Below, in pieces: positions 15,854-24,814 of a stretch of DNA of 28,517 bases; positions within the stretch are counted from its first letter, which is position 1, and each line of letters starts with the position of its first letter. The notes below the pieces were generated by a model. That model worked only from the letters and a program-made list of their open reading frames with translations. It did no database searches and was not told where the DNA came from. The translations under genes were made by a program, and so were the position numbers. Origin of the DNA: a virus (taxonomy: Duplodnaviria > Caudoviricetes); the IMG/VR virus record IMGVR_UViG_3300007094_000038, positions 1 to 28,517 of that record, one strand, 5' to 3'.

Positions 15854-17913
15854 TGGCATTTTTATTTTACATAGATGGTCAATTGATTGACCAACCCATA
15901 AATGATACTGATTTATCAAGTACCATAAAAAGGGATAGAAGACTGAACAATTTATTGGTTACCCAAGATGTTGAATTGGAATTGAACGCTAACAATGATT
16001 TGCCAGTTGGTACAATTTCGGGTTATGCATACTTGAAAAACTTGTTTGACTCCGGTGCTTGTAATGAGGCAGAAATAAAAATATATGATGTTTTCAGCAA
16101 TACTGATACAAGGCTATTTTATGTAGGCACAATAAAAATACCAAGCATAAAATTTGAGTATCATACACAAACCTTAAAGACAAAGATTCAAGACAATAGC
16201 TTTTATTCATATATAAACAATAATAAAAACCTTGAGGTAAATTTAAGTGCAATAGTAACAAAGTCAGATTTTCAACTAACACAAATATCTAAGTATTCTT
16301 TGAATTTGTTTAATCACAATACTTGTGTTTATGGTTCAACAACGGGAGCATATTATGAGGCATATTTGGTTTATGATGTATTTGATTTGATAGTTAGGGC
16401 AATTAGTGATAACAAAATATCCTTTTACTCTCAATTTTTAATTGACTTAAATGAAAAGCCATTTTTGTGCAAGGGTCAAGATTTGTTGAACCCTTATACA
16501 ATATACCCCAATGCACAAGAGCCAGTTATCAAACTAACATTTGAAAAGCTTTTTGATGAGATGAGAAAGCTTTACAATGTATTTTTTTGGATTGATACAA
16601 CTGATTTAAACAACCCTATATTAAGACTTGAAACTTATGATACATCATTTAATGATGGAATTGCATATTCATTTAATGATATAAAGGAGTTGAATGTTTC
16701 AATAGATGCACAATCTATTTATAGCAAAGTATTGGTTGGCTCAAATAAAGTAACAAGTGGTTCATTTGACAATAGTATTTCATATTATGGATGGGTTAAA
16801 GAAGAATTTTTTCCACTTGGTCAATGTAATATTGACAATGAATTAAACCTTGTTAATAGTTTTATAATTGATACAAACTCCATACATGATACTATAATCG
16901 GAACATCAACCAACCTTATTGATGAGATATTTATAATAGAATGCAATGGTGTTGATTATATAAATAAAACTGCATCTGCCGTTCAATATCCACAAGCCGG
17001 TGGTAATTGTTGGTACAACATTGGAATAAATAATTTTAATAAAGTTCAAAGATATTCAAATCAATTTCTTACAACCTTTGGCAACTTTAATGGATTGGGT
17101 GGGTATGGTTTTCATGCATCATTAGGGACAAATCCAATATCCTTTTCAAATAATCCATCTTATGGAAATCCCATAGGTTTAACAAATTATATTTGTTGTG
17201 GTATTAATGCAAACAACCCACCACCAATTTGGTATAACTATCCATTAGTTATATTTCCCGATGAAACTTCTACTGGAAATTTTGATGATGGTGGTAACTA
17301 TAACAATACAAATGGGAGATATACATTACCAGTAGATGGAACTTATAATTTTTTATTTGAAACCACTTATGATGTTGTGAATTGTAATAATGGTGGGCTT
17401 ACTTTGGACTCATATTATTTTAGATTGAAATTAAAATTGGGTCTATATGATTCAGCAAATAACCTAATTACACAAAATGAATTTATAATTCCATATAAAC
17501 GATTTAATGGTTTATATACTGATACTGCAACATTTGTTGTAACTGGTGTTGCCGGTGACTATGCGATTTGTTCCTTAGATGTTGCAATATTTTATAATAC
17601 ACTTACATTATTTCCTAATAATATACCAATTTTAAATATAAATGAAGCAACCTATTCAACTATTGTAACACCTTCATATGTTGGTGGTGGTGGTGGTTCG
17701 GGTAACAACAATGCTAATAAATATTTATATGATTTTGATTATGAAATACCCCAAGAAGATTATATAAATTTGTTAACCAATGTGACAAGAAAAATAGAGT
17801 TTGAAAAAGATGGTGTTACAAGAATTGGTTGGATAGATAGTATGAAAAGAAATGATTGGAATGGTTTAACTCAAATAAAAATAATAACCTCAAAATATGC
17901 CTCTTTTACTTAA
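15853..17913 (+). CDS. minor tail (tip/hub-like) protein with C1q-like insert
   Basis: 686 aa in the tail module; VIFPDE...FDDGGNYNNTNGRYTLPVDGTYNF resembles the C1q/TNF-like head signature. Confidence 0.6.
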   Translation: MAFLFYIDGQLIDQPINDTDLSSTIKRDRRLNNLLVTQDVELELNANNDLPVGTISGYAYLKNLFDSGACNEAEIKIYDVFSNTDTRLFYVGTIKIPSIKFEYHTQTLKTKIQDNSFYSYINNNKNLEVNLSAIVTKSDFQLTQISKYSLNLFNHNTCVYGSTTGAYYEAYLVYDVFDLIVRAISDNKISFYSQFLIDLNEKPFLCKGQDLLNPYTIYPNAQEPVIKLTFEKLFDEMRKLYNVFFWIDTTDLNNPILRLETYDTSFNDGIAYSFNDIKELNVSIDAQSIYSKVLVGSNKVTSGSFDNSISYYGWVKEEFFPLGQCNIDNELNLVNSFIIDTNSIHDTIIGTSTNLIDEIFIIECNGVDYINKTASAVQYPQAGGNCWYNIGINNFNKVQRYSNQFLTTFGNFNGLGGYGFHASLGTNPISFSNNPSYGNPIGLTNYICCGINANNPPPIWYNYPLVIFPDETSTGNFDDGGNYNNTNGRYTLPVDGTYNFLFETTYDVVNCNNGGLTLDSYYFRLKLKLGLYDSANNLITQNEFIIPYKRFNGLYTDTATFVVTGVAGDYAICSLDVAIFYNTLTLFPNNIPILNINEATYSTIVTPSYVGGGGGSGNNNANKYLYDFDYEIPQEDYINLLTNVTRKIEFEKDGVTRIGWIDSMKRNDWNGLTQIKIITSKYASFT

Positions 17914-20245
17914 CAAACATCAACCATATTTTCCGGATATTGATAGCCCCAATAATTACATATGTGGTTCTGAAAAATATTGTTTTCCTATACAAACCGG
18001 TGATAGGGTTTCAACCCAATTCTATCAAACACCATGTAATAACAACAATTTAATTACAGATGCTAATTTTCAAACTTATTCTTTAGGTGGAAATATTATT
18101 GTAAACGGTGGGTTTTTTGGAGGCTCTGCCGGTTGGACATTAGGAACAACTTGGACATATGGGGGAGATAAAATTACAAATACACCAACCCCACCAACCA
18201 TTTCACCAACCACTCAATCAAATGCCTCAATAATCTCTTGTGGTCAATTTAAAATCAGCATAACAATGACCACAACTGCCGGATATCTTAGAATAAGATT
18301 TGGAGCTTTTGGCACATATACTTATAGCCCTATACTGCAAACAAGTGGTACAATTGAATTTAATATGGTAAACATATCATTATTCAATGTAATTGATATT
18401 TTACCAAGTGATGATTTTAATGGTTCAGTTGATTCAATATATGCATACCCAATTACATACACCCATTGGGATAATAATTGTAGGTGGGTTATAAATCTTG
18501 ATGGTTCTGTTGATGCAATAACTGGAGCAACTGGTTTAGGTTCTATTTTGGAAAACACAACAGATACATATGGTGCCAATTCATATTATCAACTGAAATT
18601 TAGGGTTACAAATTATGTTGATGGTACATTGACTGGCAACATATCTGATGCAACAACAACAAATGTTTCAGCAGATGGTGATTATGTATTTTATCTAACA
18701 CCTACCGTAAATGGTACTTTGTTTTTTGATAGGTCTGCAACCTTTCAAGGTACAATTTCCAATATTGAGGTATATGAGTTAAAAAAAAATTATGGTCTTG
18801 AATTGGTTGACCAAGATGGATTTATAACTGATGTATCTGATTCAATTACTTATTTCAATGAATTTGTAACCATAGATTTTGCATTTGAAAATTATGATTT
18901 AATTGATGGGTGTTACAATTTAACCATTTATGATGAGTGTATATTGACCTCTGATAATATTGTAATAGACCCCTCTTTTGATGATGGTTATACATATTGG
19001 TCAAGAAACAATGCAGTTGTCCAATATGACAATACCGGCAATCAAATGAAATTGATATTTGACCCATTTAGTAATGGATATATTGATTGGATAACAAATG
19101 GAAATTTTGCAACAAGTTCAAATTGGAATTTTGGAACAAATTGGGCTTTATCATCAAACAAGGCACAACATACACCGGGTAGTACTGCTACATTATACCA
19201 AGACTTAAATTTATTATTTACACCACCACCCGGCACTAATTTTAATTATTGGGTTAAATTCACCATTAGTGGCTCAACTGCCGGTACGGTAACTTGCAAG
19301 GTTGGTACTGCCGTAAATAGTACAAGCTATACATGGAAAGGCAATGATAGGTTTTGTCAAATATATACACCATACCAACTTGGAGCATCAAGGATAACAT
19401 TTACCCCATCAAGTGATTTTGATGGTTCAATTGATGATGTCGCAATGGTTTTCACATCGGGAAATTCTGCTTACCCAATTATAACCAATGCAGTTCAACC
19501 TTTATTTACTCCGGGTACATATCAAACAGAGTTTGAAATTGTAAATAGTTCAGACCCAAATATTGGTGTAAGGGCTTACATTGTTAATGGTAGCCCAATT
19601 GGTTTATACCAAAATGCAAATGGTGTTTATTCATATACTCAAACATACAATGCAAATGGTGGTTATGTCCAAATTAATGGGGCTTTTGAAAAAAGTTCCA
19701 ATGATTATTTCCAATTGAATTATGTTATAGGATATATAATTGTAGATAATATAAATGTATATAAGACAGAACCTTTTGAGGCTACTTATACAAGCGAATG
19801 CATAAGGTTTTCATCAACCCCAATACCAAGAAGCAAAATGCTTGTTGCCTATTGTGACCAAAATGCTTTTGGTTTTGATTTTGTAAATACCGGATTCAAG
19901 TTAACACAAAGAGCAATTATAAGGTCAATAAATCCAACATACCCAAAAGAAAAACAGATTCAAAAAAGTGGTACTGGAAATGCAAGGGTTGTATATTCTG
20001 AAATAGAAAAGTATTGGGAGATACATACAGATTTTGCCTCTGAAACTTTCCATGATTGTTTAAGTGTGCAAGTGGATTGTGACCATTTTGGGATTGGTGA
20101 TACCCAAGATGACTTTAAGGAATACATTGCTGATACAGATTCATACCAACCAAATTGGAATGGTGATGGGGCTTATAGCTTGGCAACTGCCGTAATCAAT
20201 TTAAGGATAAAAGATAAAGGGCAGTTGTTCAACAGACATATTTAG
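17897..20245 (+). CDS. tail protein with multiple carbohydrate-binding-like jelly-roll modules
   Basis: Four N-caps (LITDANF, IIVNGGF..W, IVIDPSF..W, ITNGNF..W) and four C-caps (FNGSVDSI, FQGTISNI, FDGSIDDV, IIVDNINV) of CBM4/9-like galactose-binding folds. Confidence 0.65.
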   Translation: MPLLLNKHQPYFPDIDSPNNYICGSEKYCFPIQTGDRVSTQFYQTPCNNNNLITDANFQTYSLGGNIIVNGGFFGGSAGWTLGTTWTYGGDKITNTPTPPTISPTTQSNASIISCGQFKISITMTTTAGYLRIRFGAFGTYTYSPILQTSGTIEFNMVNISLFNVIDILPSDDFNGSVDSIYAYPITYTHWDNNCRWVINLDGSVDAITGATGLGSILENTTDTYGANSYYQLKFRVTNYVDGTLTGNISDATTTNVSADGDYVFYLTPTVNGTLFFDRSATFQGTISNIEVYELKKNYGLELVDQDGFITDVSDSITYFNEFVTIDFAFENYDLIDGCYNLTIYDECILTSDNIVIDPSFDDGYTYWSRNNAVVQYDNTGNQMKLIFDPFSNGYIDWITNGNFATSSNWNFGTNWALSSNKAQHTPGSTATLYQDLNLLFTPPPGTNFNYWVKFTISGSTAGTVTCKVGTAVNSTSYTWKGNDRFCQIYTPYQLGASRITFTPSSDFDGSIDDVAMVFTSGNSAYPIITNAVQPLFTPGTYQTEFEIVNSSDPNIGVRAYIVNGSPIGLYQNANGVYSYTQTYNANGGYVQINGAFEKSSNDYFQLNYVIGYIIVDNINVYKTEPFEATYTSECIRFSSTPIPRSKMLVAYCDQNAFGFDFVNTGFKLTQRAIIRSINPTYPKEKQIQKSGTGNARVVYSEIEKYWEIHTDFASETFHDCLSVQVDCDHFGIGDTQDDFKEYIADTDSYQPNWNGDGAYSLATAVINLRIKDKGQLFNRHI

Positions 20246-20249
20246 TATT

Positions 20250-20259
20250 TATATTTGCA
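20250..20259 (+). promoter_or_regulatory. Bacteroidota-type -7 promoter element (TATATTTGCA)
   Basis: TAnnTTTG in the intergenic gap; TTG 22 nt upstream as a possible -33. The same 10-mer recurs at 28098. Confidence 0.65.
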
Positions 20260-20337
20260 TAAATGGTGACAAGTAAGGGTGAGTCATTAAGTAACCCCAA
20301 AAAAACTTAAATGTAAACACCAAAAAAAATTAATTTA

Positions 20338-20892
20338 ATGGCAACTTGTCTTAATTACAATTGTGATACTCTCACAGACCATGAGGTTTCAACATTGGCT
20401 TGTAAAGGTCCGAGACCAGCCGGTATTTCTGAAGCCGTATTTATTCTTTGTAGTGCAAACCTTACTGACCCATCAGATGGTGTTGAGGTTAACACATTAA
20501 TCTCAAATGGCGAAGCCAAAATTGTGCAAAATATCCGTATGGGTCTTGGAGCCGGTGAGGTTACCCAATCACCTAAAGTAACTGCTTGTGGTCTACCACA
20601 AACCCTTTATGTTACTTATTCGGGTGCAATCACAGATTATTCTTTCAATCAGCAGAACATGGATTTTTGGACAACATTGACAAGTGGTTATACCATTAGT
20701 GGTATAATTGCGAGGCTTTGCCCTAAAGCCGGTTTTGATGATGAGTCATTATTTATGGATGGTGAGGTTGCCTTTAGTGGTAGTCCAGTTGTTGCAGATA
20801 CTGATGAGGAACCGGCTTCTTTTAATATCACTTATCAGTACAAAGGTTCTGTTTCTTTGATTCCAACCCCATCGGGTGTATTCTCTGCATAA
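20338..20892 (+). CDS. putative major tail (tube) protein
   Basis: 184 aa, acidic, beta-rich, C-terminal GEVAFSGSP...SFNITYQYKG pattern, own promoter. Assignment is inferred. Confidence 0.55.
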   Translation: MATCLNYNCDTLTDHEVSTLACKGPRPAGISEAVFILCSANLTDPSDGVEVNTLISNGEAKIVQNIRMGLGAGEVTQSPKVTACGLPQTLYVTYSGAITDYSFNQQNMDFWTTLTSGYTISGIIARLCPKAGFDDESLFMDGEVAFSGSPVVADTDEEPASFNITYQYKGSVSLIPTPSGVFSA

Positions 20893-20901
20893 ATCCATTG
20901 A

Positions 20902-23136
20902 ATGGATAAAGGGATTTTATTACTTGCATTTGGAAGGCGAGGTTATGGCTTTATGGCTTATAACCTTGCCCTCTCTTGCAAGTATTATAGTCCCAACATT
21001 CCTATCCATTTAATTGCAACAAGAGAGGTTTTAAAAGAGGTAACAGACCATTCAGTTTTTGATTTTATAGAATGGTTGGAACAAAGCCCCCCCGACCCCG
21101 GTAGGTTCAAAGCTGAAATAGGATATAAGCTACCATTCAAACATACATTGTTTTTAGATGTTGATGGCTTGTGTATTCAACCAATTGAGCCGTTATTTGA
21201 TAGGCTTATAGAAAGTGATAAGCATTATGCCACATATATAAACGCAATATATGACATAAATGCCCCTAACATTTTGCCCGATATGTACTGGGCATATAAA
21301 GAGGATATTTGGCAACATTATGGGTTTGACCATACAACTAAATTTCCGGCAACCCAAAGTTCCATCCAGTACATTAAAGATTGTGAAAAGACCAAAGAAC
21401 TTTACCATTTATTTAATGAGGCTTTTGATAATCCAATACCATTGGAAAGGCTTAGAAACAAATGGGGTGGTGGTCAACCGGATGAGTTATATTTAAATGT
21501 TGCACTTGCCAAGCAAGGAGAAATAAATCACATTGGAATTAACACCATGTGGTTTGGCAACAATGGAGAAAAGCGACCACATGAACTGGTTCACACCCAT
21601 TATTTCATTTCCTATTTTGGATGGAGAAACAACATAAAGCTTTTCTTTTGGGAGTATTATGATAAGCTTTTACAAAAAATGTGTGCTTCAAGAGGGGGTA
21701 GGCATATATTCAAAAGCCACTTAATCAAAGGTGATAAAATTGCAAATCAAACAAGCAATAGGGCAAACCATCAAAAGGCAATCATTGGCTCAAATTTAAT
21801 AAAACCCGATGCTAAAAAATACCCAAAGAAAGAGGGTAAAGTTATTCTCTTGACTTCATACTTTGAGCAAAGGTATAATGATAGGCAAAGGGAATTAAGA
21901 AAGGTGATGGAGGCAAACATAAATTGCCAATCTATTGACCTTATAATTAATTTGGGTAAGCATTATGAAAATGATAAGGTGATAAACCTTACCCAATATG
22001 ACAGACCTACATATGCTGATTTTGTTAAGGAAGCTAACAACTATGAGGCAGATTATTACATCATTGCCAATTCTGATATATACTTTACATCAGAAATTGA
22101 AATGATAAAAGAAATGAATTGGGAAAATAAGGTTTTGTGCTTATCAAGGTGGGATTTGCAAAACAATGGATATGCCAAGCTTTTCAATTATGAATGGAGT
22201 CAAGACACATGGGTATTTAATGGAAAGCCACCATTGATGGAAAATATAAATTTTACAATGGGGCTACCGGCTTGTGATAATCGTTTTGCTTATGAACTTG
22301 CACAAATAGGATTACAACCAATCAATCCATCATTGTCAATCAAATCATATCATTTGCATATAACCAACAAAAGGAATTATACAGAAAAAGATAGGTTGCA
22401 AGGTCAAGTGATACCGGTGAAAATTGAAGATTGGACAAAATACAAATCCAAAAAAGTTTTGATACATCAACCGGGCAAAGTTGGTGACATCATATGTTGT
22501 TTGCCTATTGCAGAGCATTATTCAAAGCAAGGTTGGGTTGTTGAATGGTTATGCCCTAATCAATATCATTCACTTTTCAATTATGTGGATTATGCCAAGC
22601 CAGTTGCTACTCAAGACAATCAATATGATAAAATCATTGATATGTCTTTTGGAATTATTACAAATTCGGATGTGCATAGGCTTTGGATTAGGCAAAAAAA
22701 CAGACTCAAGTCATTTGTTGAACTCAAATACCAAATTGCTGGAGTCCCTTTATTGGCTCTTCGCAATCTTAATTATACACGGAACAATGAATTGGAGAAT
22801 GCTCTTTTTAATCATCTTGGATTGGACAATGGGGGTGATTATATCCTTGTGCATAGGGGTTCTGATTATGGTACTGCCATTGATGTGGTTACTGATAAGA
22901 GGGTGGTATATTTTGAGCCGATTGTTGGGAAAAACTATCAGATTTTTGATTGGGCAAAAGTGATTGAGAATGCTTCAGAAATACATTGTATAGACTCAAG
23001 CTTAGTTAACTTTGTTGATAGCTTCAAGGATTTGAAAGCTGAACTTTATTATTACATAACTGATAAAGTACCAATGAGGGCAGACCGGACAATACTCACT
23101 AAAAAATGGCATTCTTATGATTTGGTACGAGTTTAG
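20902..23136 (+). CDS. three-domain glycosyltransferase fusion (GT8-like GT-A + second GT-A + GT9-like GT-B)
   Basis: Domain 1: LPFKHTLFLDVDGL (DxD) ... PDELYLNVAL. Domain 2: YIIANSDIYF...LSRWD...SQDTWVF...CDN...HLH. Domain 3: KVLIHQPGKVGDIICCLP...YILVH...IHCIDSSLVN (heptosyltransferase-like). Confidence 0.82.
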   Translation: MDKGILLLAFGRRGYGFMAYNLALSCKYYSPNIPIHLIATREVLKEVTDHSVFDFIEWLEQSPPDPGRFKAEIGYKLPFKHTLFLDVDGLCIQPIEPLFDRLIESDKHYATYINAIYDINAPNILPDMYWAYKEDIWQHYGFDHTTKFPATQSSIQYIKDCEKTKELYHLFNEAFDNPIPLERLRNKWGGGQPDELYLNVALAKQGEINHIGINTMWFGNNGEKRPHELVHTHYFISYFGWRNNIKLFFWEYYDKLLQKMCASRGGRHIFKSHLIKGDKIANQTSNRANHQKAIIGSNLIKPDAKKYPKKEGKVILLTSYFEQRYNDRQRELRKVMEANINCQSIDLIINLGKHYENDKVINLTQYDRPTYADFVKEANNYEADYYIIANSDIYFTSEIEMIKEMNWENKVLCLSRWDLQNNGYAKLFNYEWSQDTWVFNGKPPLMENINFTMGLPACDNRFAYELAQIGLQPINPSLSIKSYHLHITNKRNYTEKDRLQGQVIPVKIEDWTKYKSKKVLIHQPGKVGDIICCLPIAEHYSKQGWVVEWLCPNQYHSLFNYVDYAKPVATQDNQYDKIIDMSFGIITNSDVHRLWIRQKNRLKSFVELKYQIAGVPLLALRNLNYTRNNELENALFNHLGLDNGGDYILVHRGSDYGTAIDVVTDKRVVYFEPIVGKNYQIFDWAKVIENASEIHCIDSSLVNFVDSFKDLKAELYYYITDKVPMRADRTILTKKWHSYDLVRV

Positions 23137-23350
23137 CGTAACCGTTTATGACAAGCAACTTGAAGAGGTTGGGGTGACATCTTCAAAAAGTGTAAGGGCA
23201 ATGGTAAACCTTGCAGAGGTATATTCTTTCAATCAAACCTACATCAATGAAACAGATACAGAATGCACCTTATTGAATTTTAACAATGGTGATACATTGG
23301 TTGTAAATGAAACATATGATGTTGTAAAAAAAATAATGAGATGCAAATAG
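23117..23350 (+). CDS. small FlbD-like protein
   Basis: MVNLAEVYSF...TLLNFNNGDTLVVNETYDVVKKI resembles the FlbD-family pattern. Confidence 0.5.
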   Translation: MIWYEFSVTVYDKQLEEVGVTSSKSVRAMVNLAEVYSFNQTYINETDTECTLLNFNNGDTLVVNETYDVVKKIMRCK

Positions 23351-23979
23351 CACAACAATTAATGCCCAATGGCATGAGTGCAAAGGGTGAATTTAAGTAT
23401 GCAATAACTGAACTTATAAAAACATATCGGCTCAAAAGAATAATTGAAACCGGTTCTTATTTGGGTGAGGGTACAACACAAGCCATTGTTGATGCAATGG
23501 TTGGTGATGAGATAGTTTATAGCATTGAGGTAAACCCAAGATTTTATGAAATTGCAAGAAAGAAACACAAAAACACATCTATAAATTTTCTTTTGGGCTT
23601 ATCCATTGCAAGACCATTGTTACCAACAGATTTTACATTTGATGTTCCCGAAAACATTATAGTTGACCATCTTGACCACAATAGAGAATTATTGTATAAG
23701 CAAGAGGTAAGCTTTAAAGTACCGGACAATATGCTAAAGTATGCATTGGAAAAAGTAGAGTATCAACCCGATTTGATTATACTTGATAGTGCCGGACATA
23801 TTGGTTGCATAGAATTTAAAGAACTTATGAAAACGGCAATTGCTCCTTTTTATTTGGCTTTGGATGATACCAACCATGTAAAGCATTACCATTCTTGCCA
23901 GTTATTGGATGAGAGAGGATTTACAAAGATTTGGGAAACATCAGAGGGCTTTGGCTCTGCAATTTATTATATAGAATGA
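23341..23979 (+). CDS. class I SAM-dependent methyltransferase (non-DNA, Methyltransf_24-like)
   Basis: RIIETGSYLGEGTT (motif I), YSIEVN (motif II), DLIILDSAGH, ALDDT. No DNA-MTase PC or DPPY/NPPY motif. Confidence 0.78.
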   Translation: MQIAQQLMPNGMSAKGEFKYAITELIKTYRLKRIIETGSYLGEGTTQAIVDAMVGDEIVYSIEVNPRFYEIARKKHKNTSINFLLGLSIARPLLPTDFTFDVPENIIVDHLDHNRELLYKQEVSFKVPDNMLKYALEKVEYQPDLIILDSAGHIGCIEFKELMKTAIAPFYLALDDTNHVKHYHSCQLLDERGFTKIWETSEGFGSAIYYIE

Positions 23980-24758
23980 GGTATGCCTTTACAATAATCT
24001 ACAATGGGTTGCATCATCTTACCAATGGTAATTTTGTTGATGTGATGGTTAACTCATTTGACAAGTGGGTAATTGTTGAAGGGTTTAGTGGAAATAAAGG
24101 TTCAACTGCTTGGTGCAATAATCTCAATATTCCAAAAAATTCAACTGATGGAACAATTGAACACATTGCACAATTGATGGAGAAATACCCTAATATTTTA
24201 TTCCATTCCAAAAAAGGTGGTTGGTTAAGCAAGGATGAGCAAGTGAACAAGGCAGTAAGTTTGCTCAAATCAGAGTCCAATGGTTGGCTTTGGCAAATTG
24301 ATGTTGATGAGCAATGGAAAGAAACAGATTTTGAAGAGGCTGAAAGTATGATGAACAAAGATGTTTCTGTTGCCGGTGCTTTCCATTTCAATCATTTGCT
24401 TTGTAAAGACATGGATGGTAAACAATTGGTTGGAAAAGGTGATTGGGGTGACAATCTACATACAAGGCTATGGTGGTGGACTGGTCAAACATTCATAAGC
24501 CATGAGCCACCAATTATGCAATTTCAAAAATCAATAAAGGCATTACCTCAAGTGTATGAACATTATTCTTATTATTTTGAGTCTGATGTGGTTTTTAAGT
24601 CCAAATATTACAAAGGTTATGCATCTTTGTATAGGAATTGGAAAAGATTACAAAGTAAAAAATTCAAATACCCTATAAGTACAAAGGAATTATTTGGAAA
24701 TTCAACAAGAATAAATCATTCTAAGTCTTACATAATACCTCAAAACAATGGCTTGTAA
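23976..24758 (+). CDS. GT-A fold (GT2-like) glycosyltransferase
   Basis: WVIVEG...NSTDGTIEHI...WLWQIDVDEQW (DxD)...YEHYSY. ATG 23976 gives an ATGA overlap with the methyltransferase. Confidence 0.8.
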   Translation: MRYAFTIIYNGLHHLTNGNFVDVMVNSFDKWVIVEGFSGNKGSTAWCNNLNIPKNSTDGTIEHIAQLMEKYPNILFHSKKGGWLSKDEQVNKAVSLLKSESNGWLWQIDVDEQWKETDFEEAESMMNKDVSVAGAFHFNHLLCKDMDGKQLVGKGDWGDNLHTRLWWWTGQTFISHEPPIMQFQKSIKALPQVYEHYSYYFESDVVFKSKYYKGYASLYRNWKRLQSKKFKYPISTKELFGNSTRINHSKSYIIPQNNGL

Positions 24759-24810
24759 ACCTTGCTCATCCGGAAGACCTAAACCACTCCCAAGACCTAA
24801 ACCAAGATAA
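24748..24810 (+). CDS. 20-aa CxxC / Pro-Arg-Lys-rich micropeptide (MACKPCSSGRPKPLPRPKPR)
   Basis: Not in ORF track. A-rich context CAAAACA-ATG; fills the GT-portal gap, with its stop 4 nt before the portal ATG. Internal 13-bp repeat AAGACCTAAACCA (24774, 24792). Confidence 0.55.
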   Translation: MACKPCSSGRPKPLPRPKPR

Positions 24811-24814
24811 AAAA

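Noticed and set aside
21087-21093. C7 tract in the glycosyltransferase as a phase-variation site
   Set aside because: Short, and explained by Ser-Pro-Pro-Asp being written AGC CCC CCC GAC under CCTG/CCAGA avoidance.
22481-22963. 160-aa alternative-frame ORF inside the glycosyltransferase
   Set aside because: Non-ATG start, no slippery site or motif noticed, and the main frame carries an intact GT9-like domain.
20902-24758. Classical gtrABC serotype-conversion cassette
   Set aside because: No flippase, no membrane-anchored bactoprenol GT and no polytopic GtrC; all the enzymes look soluble.
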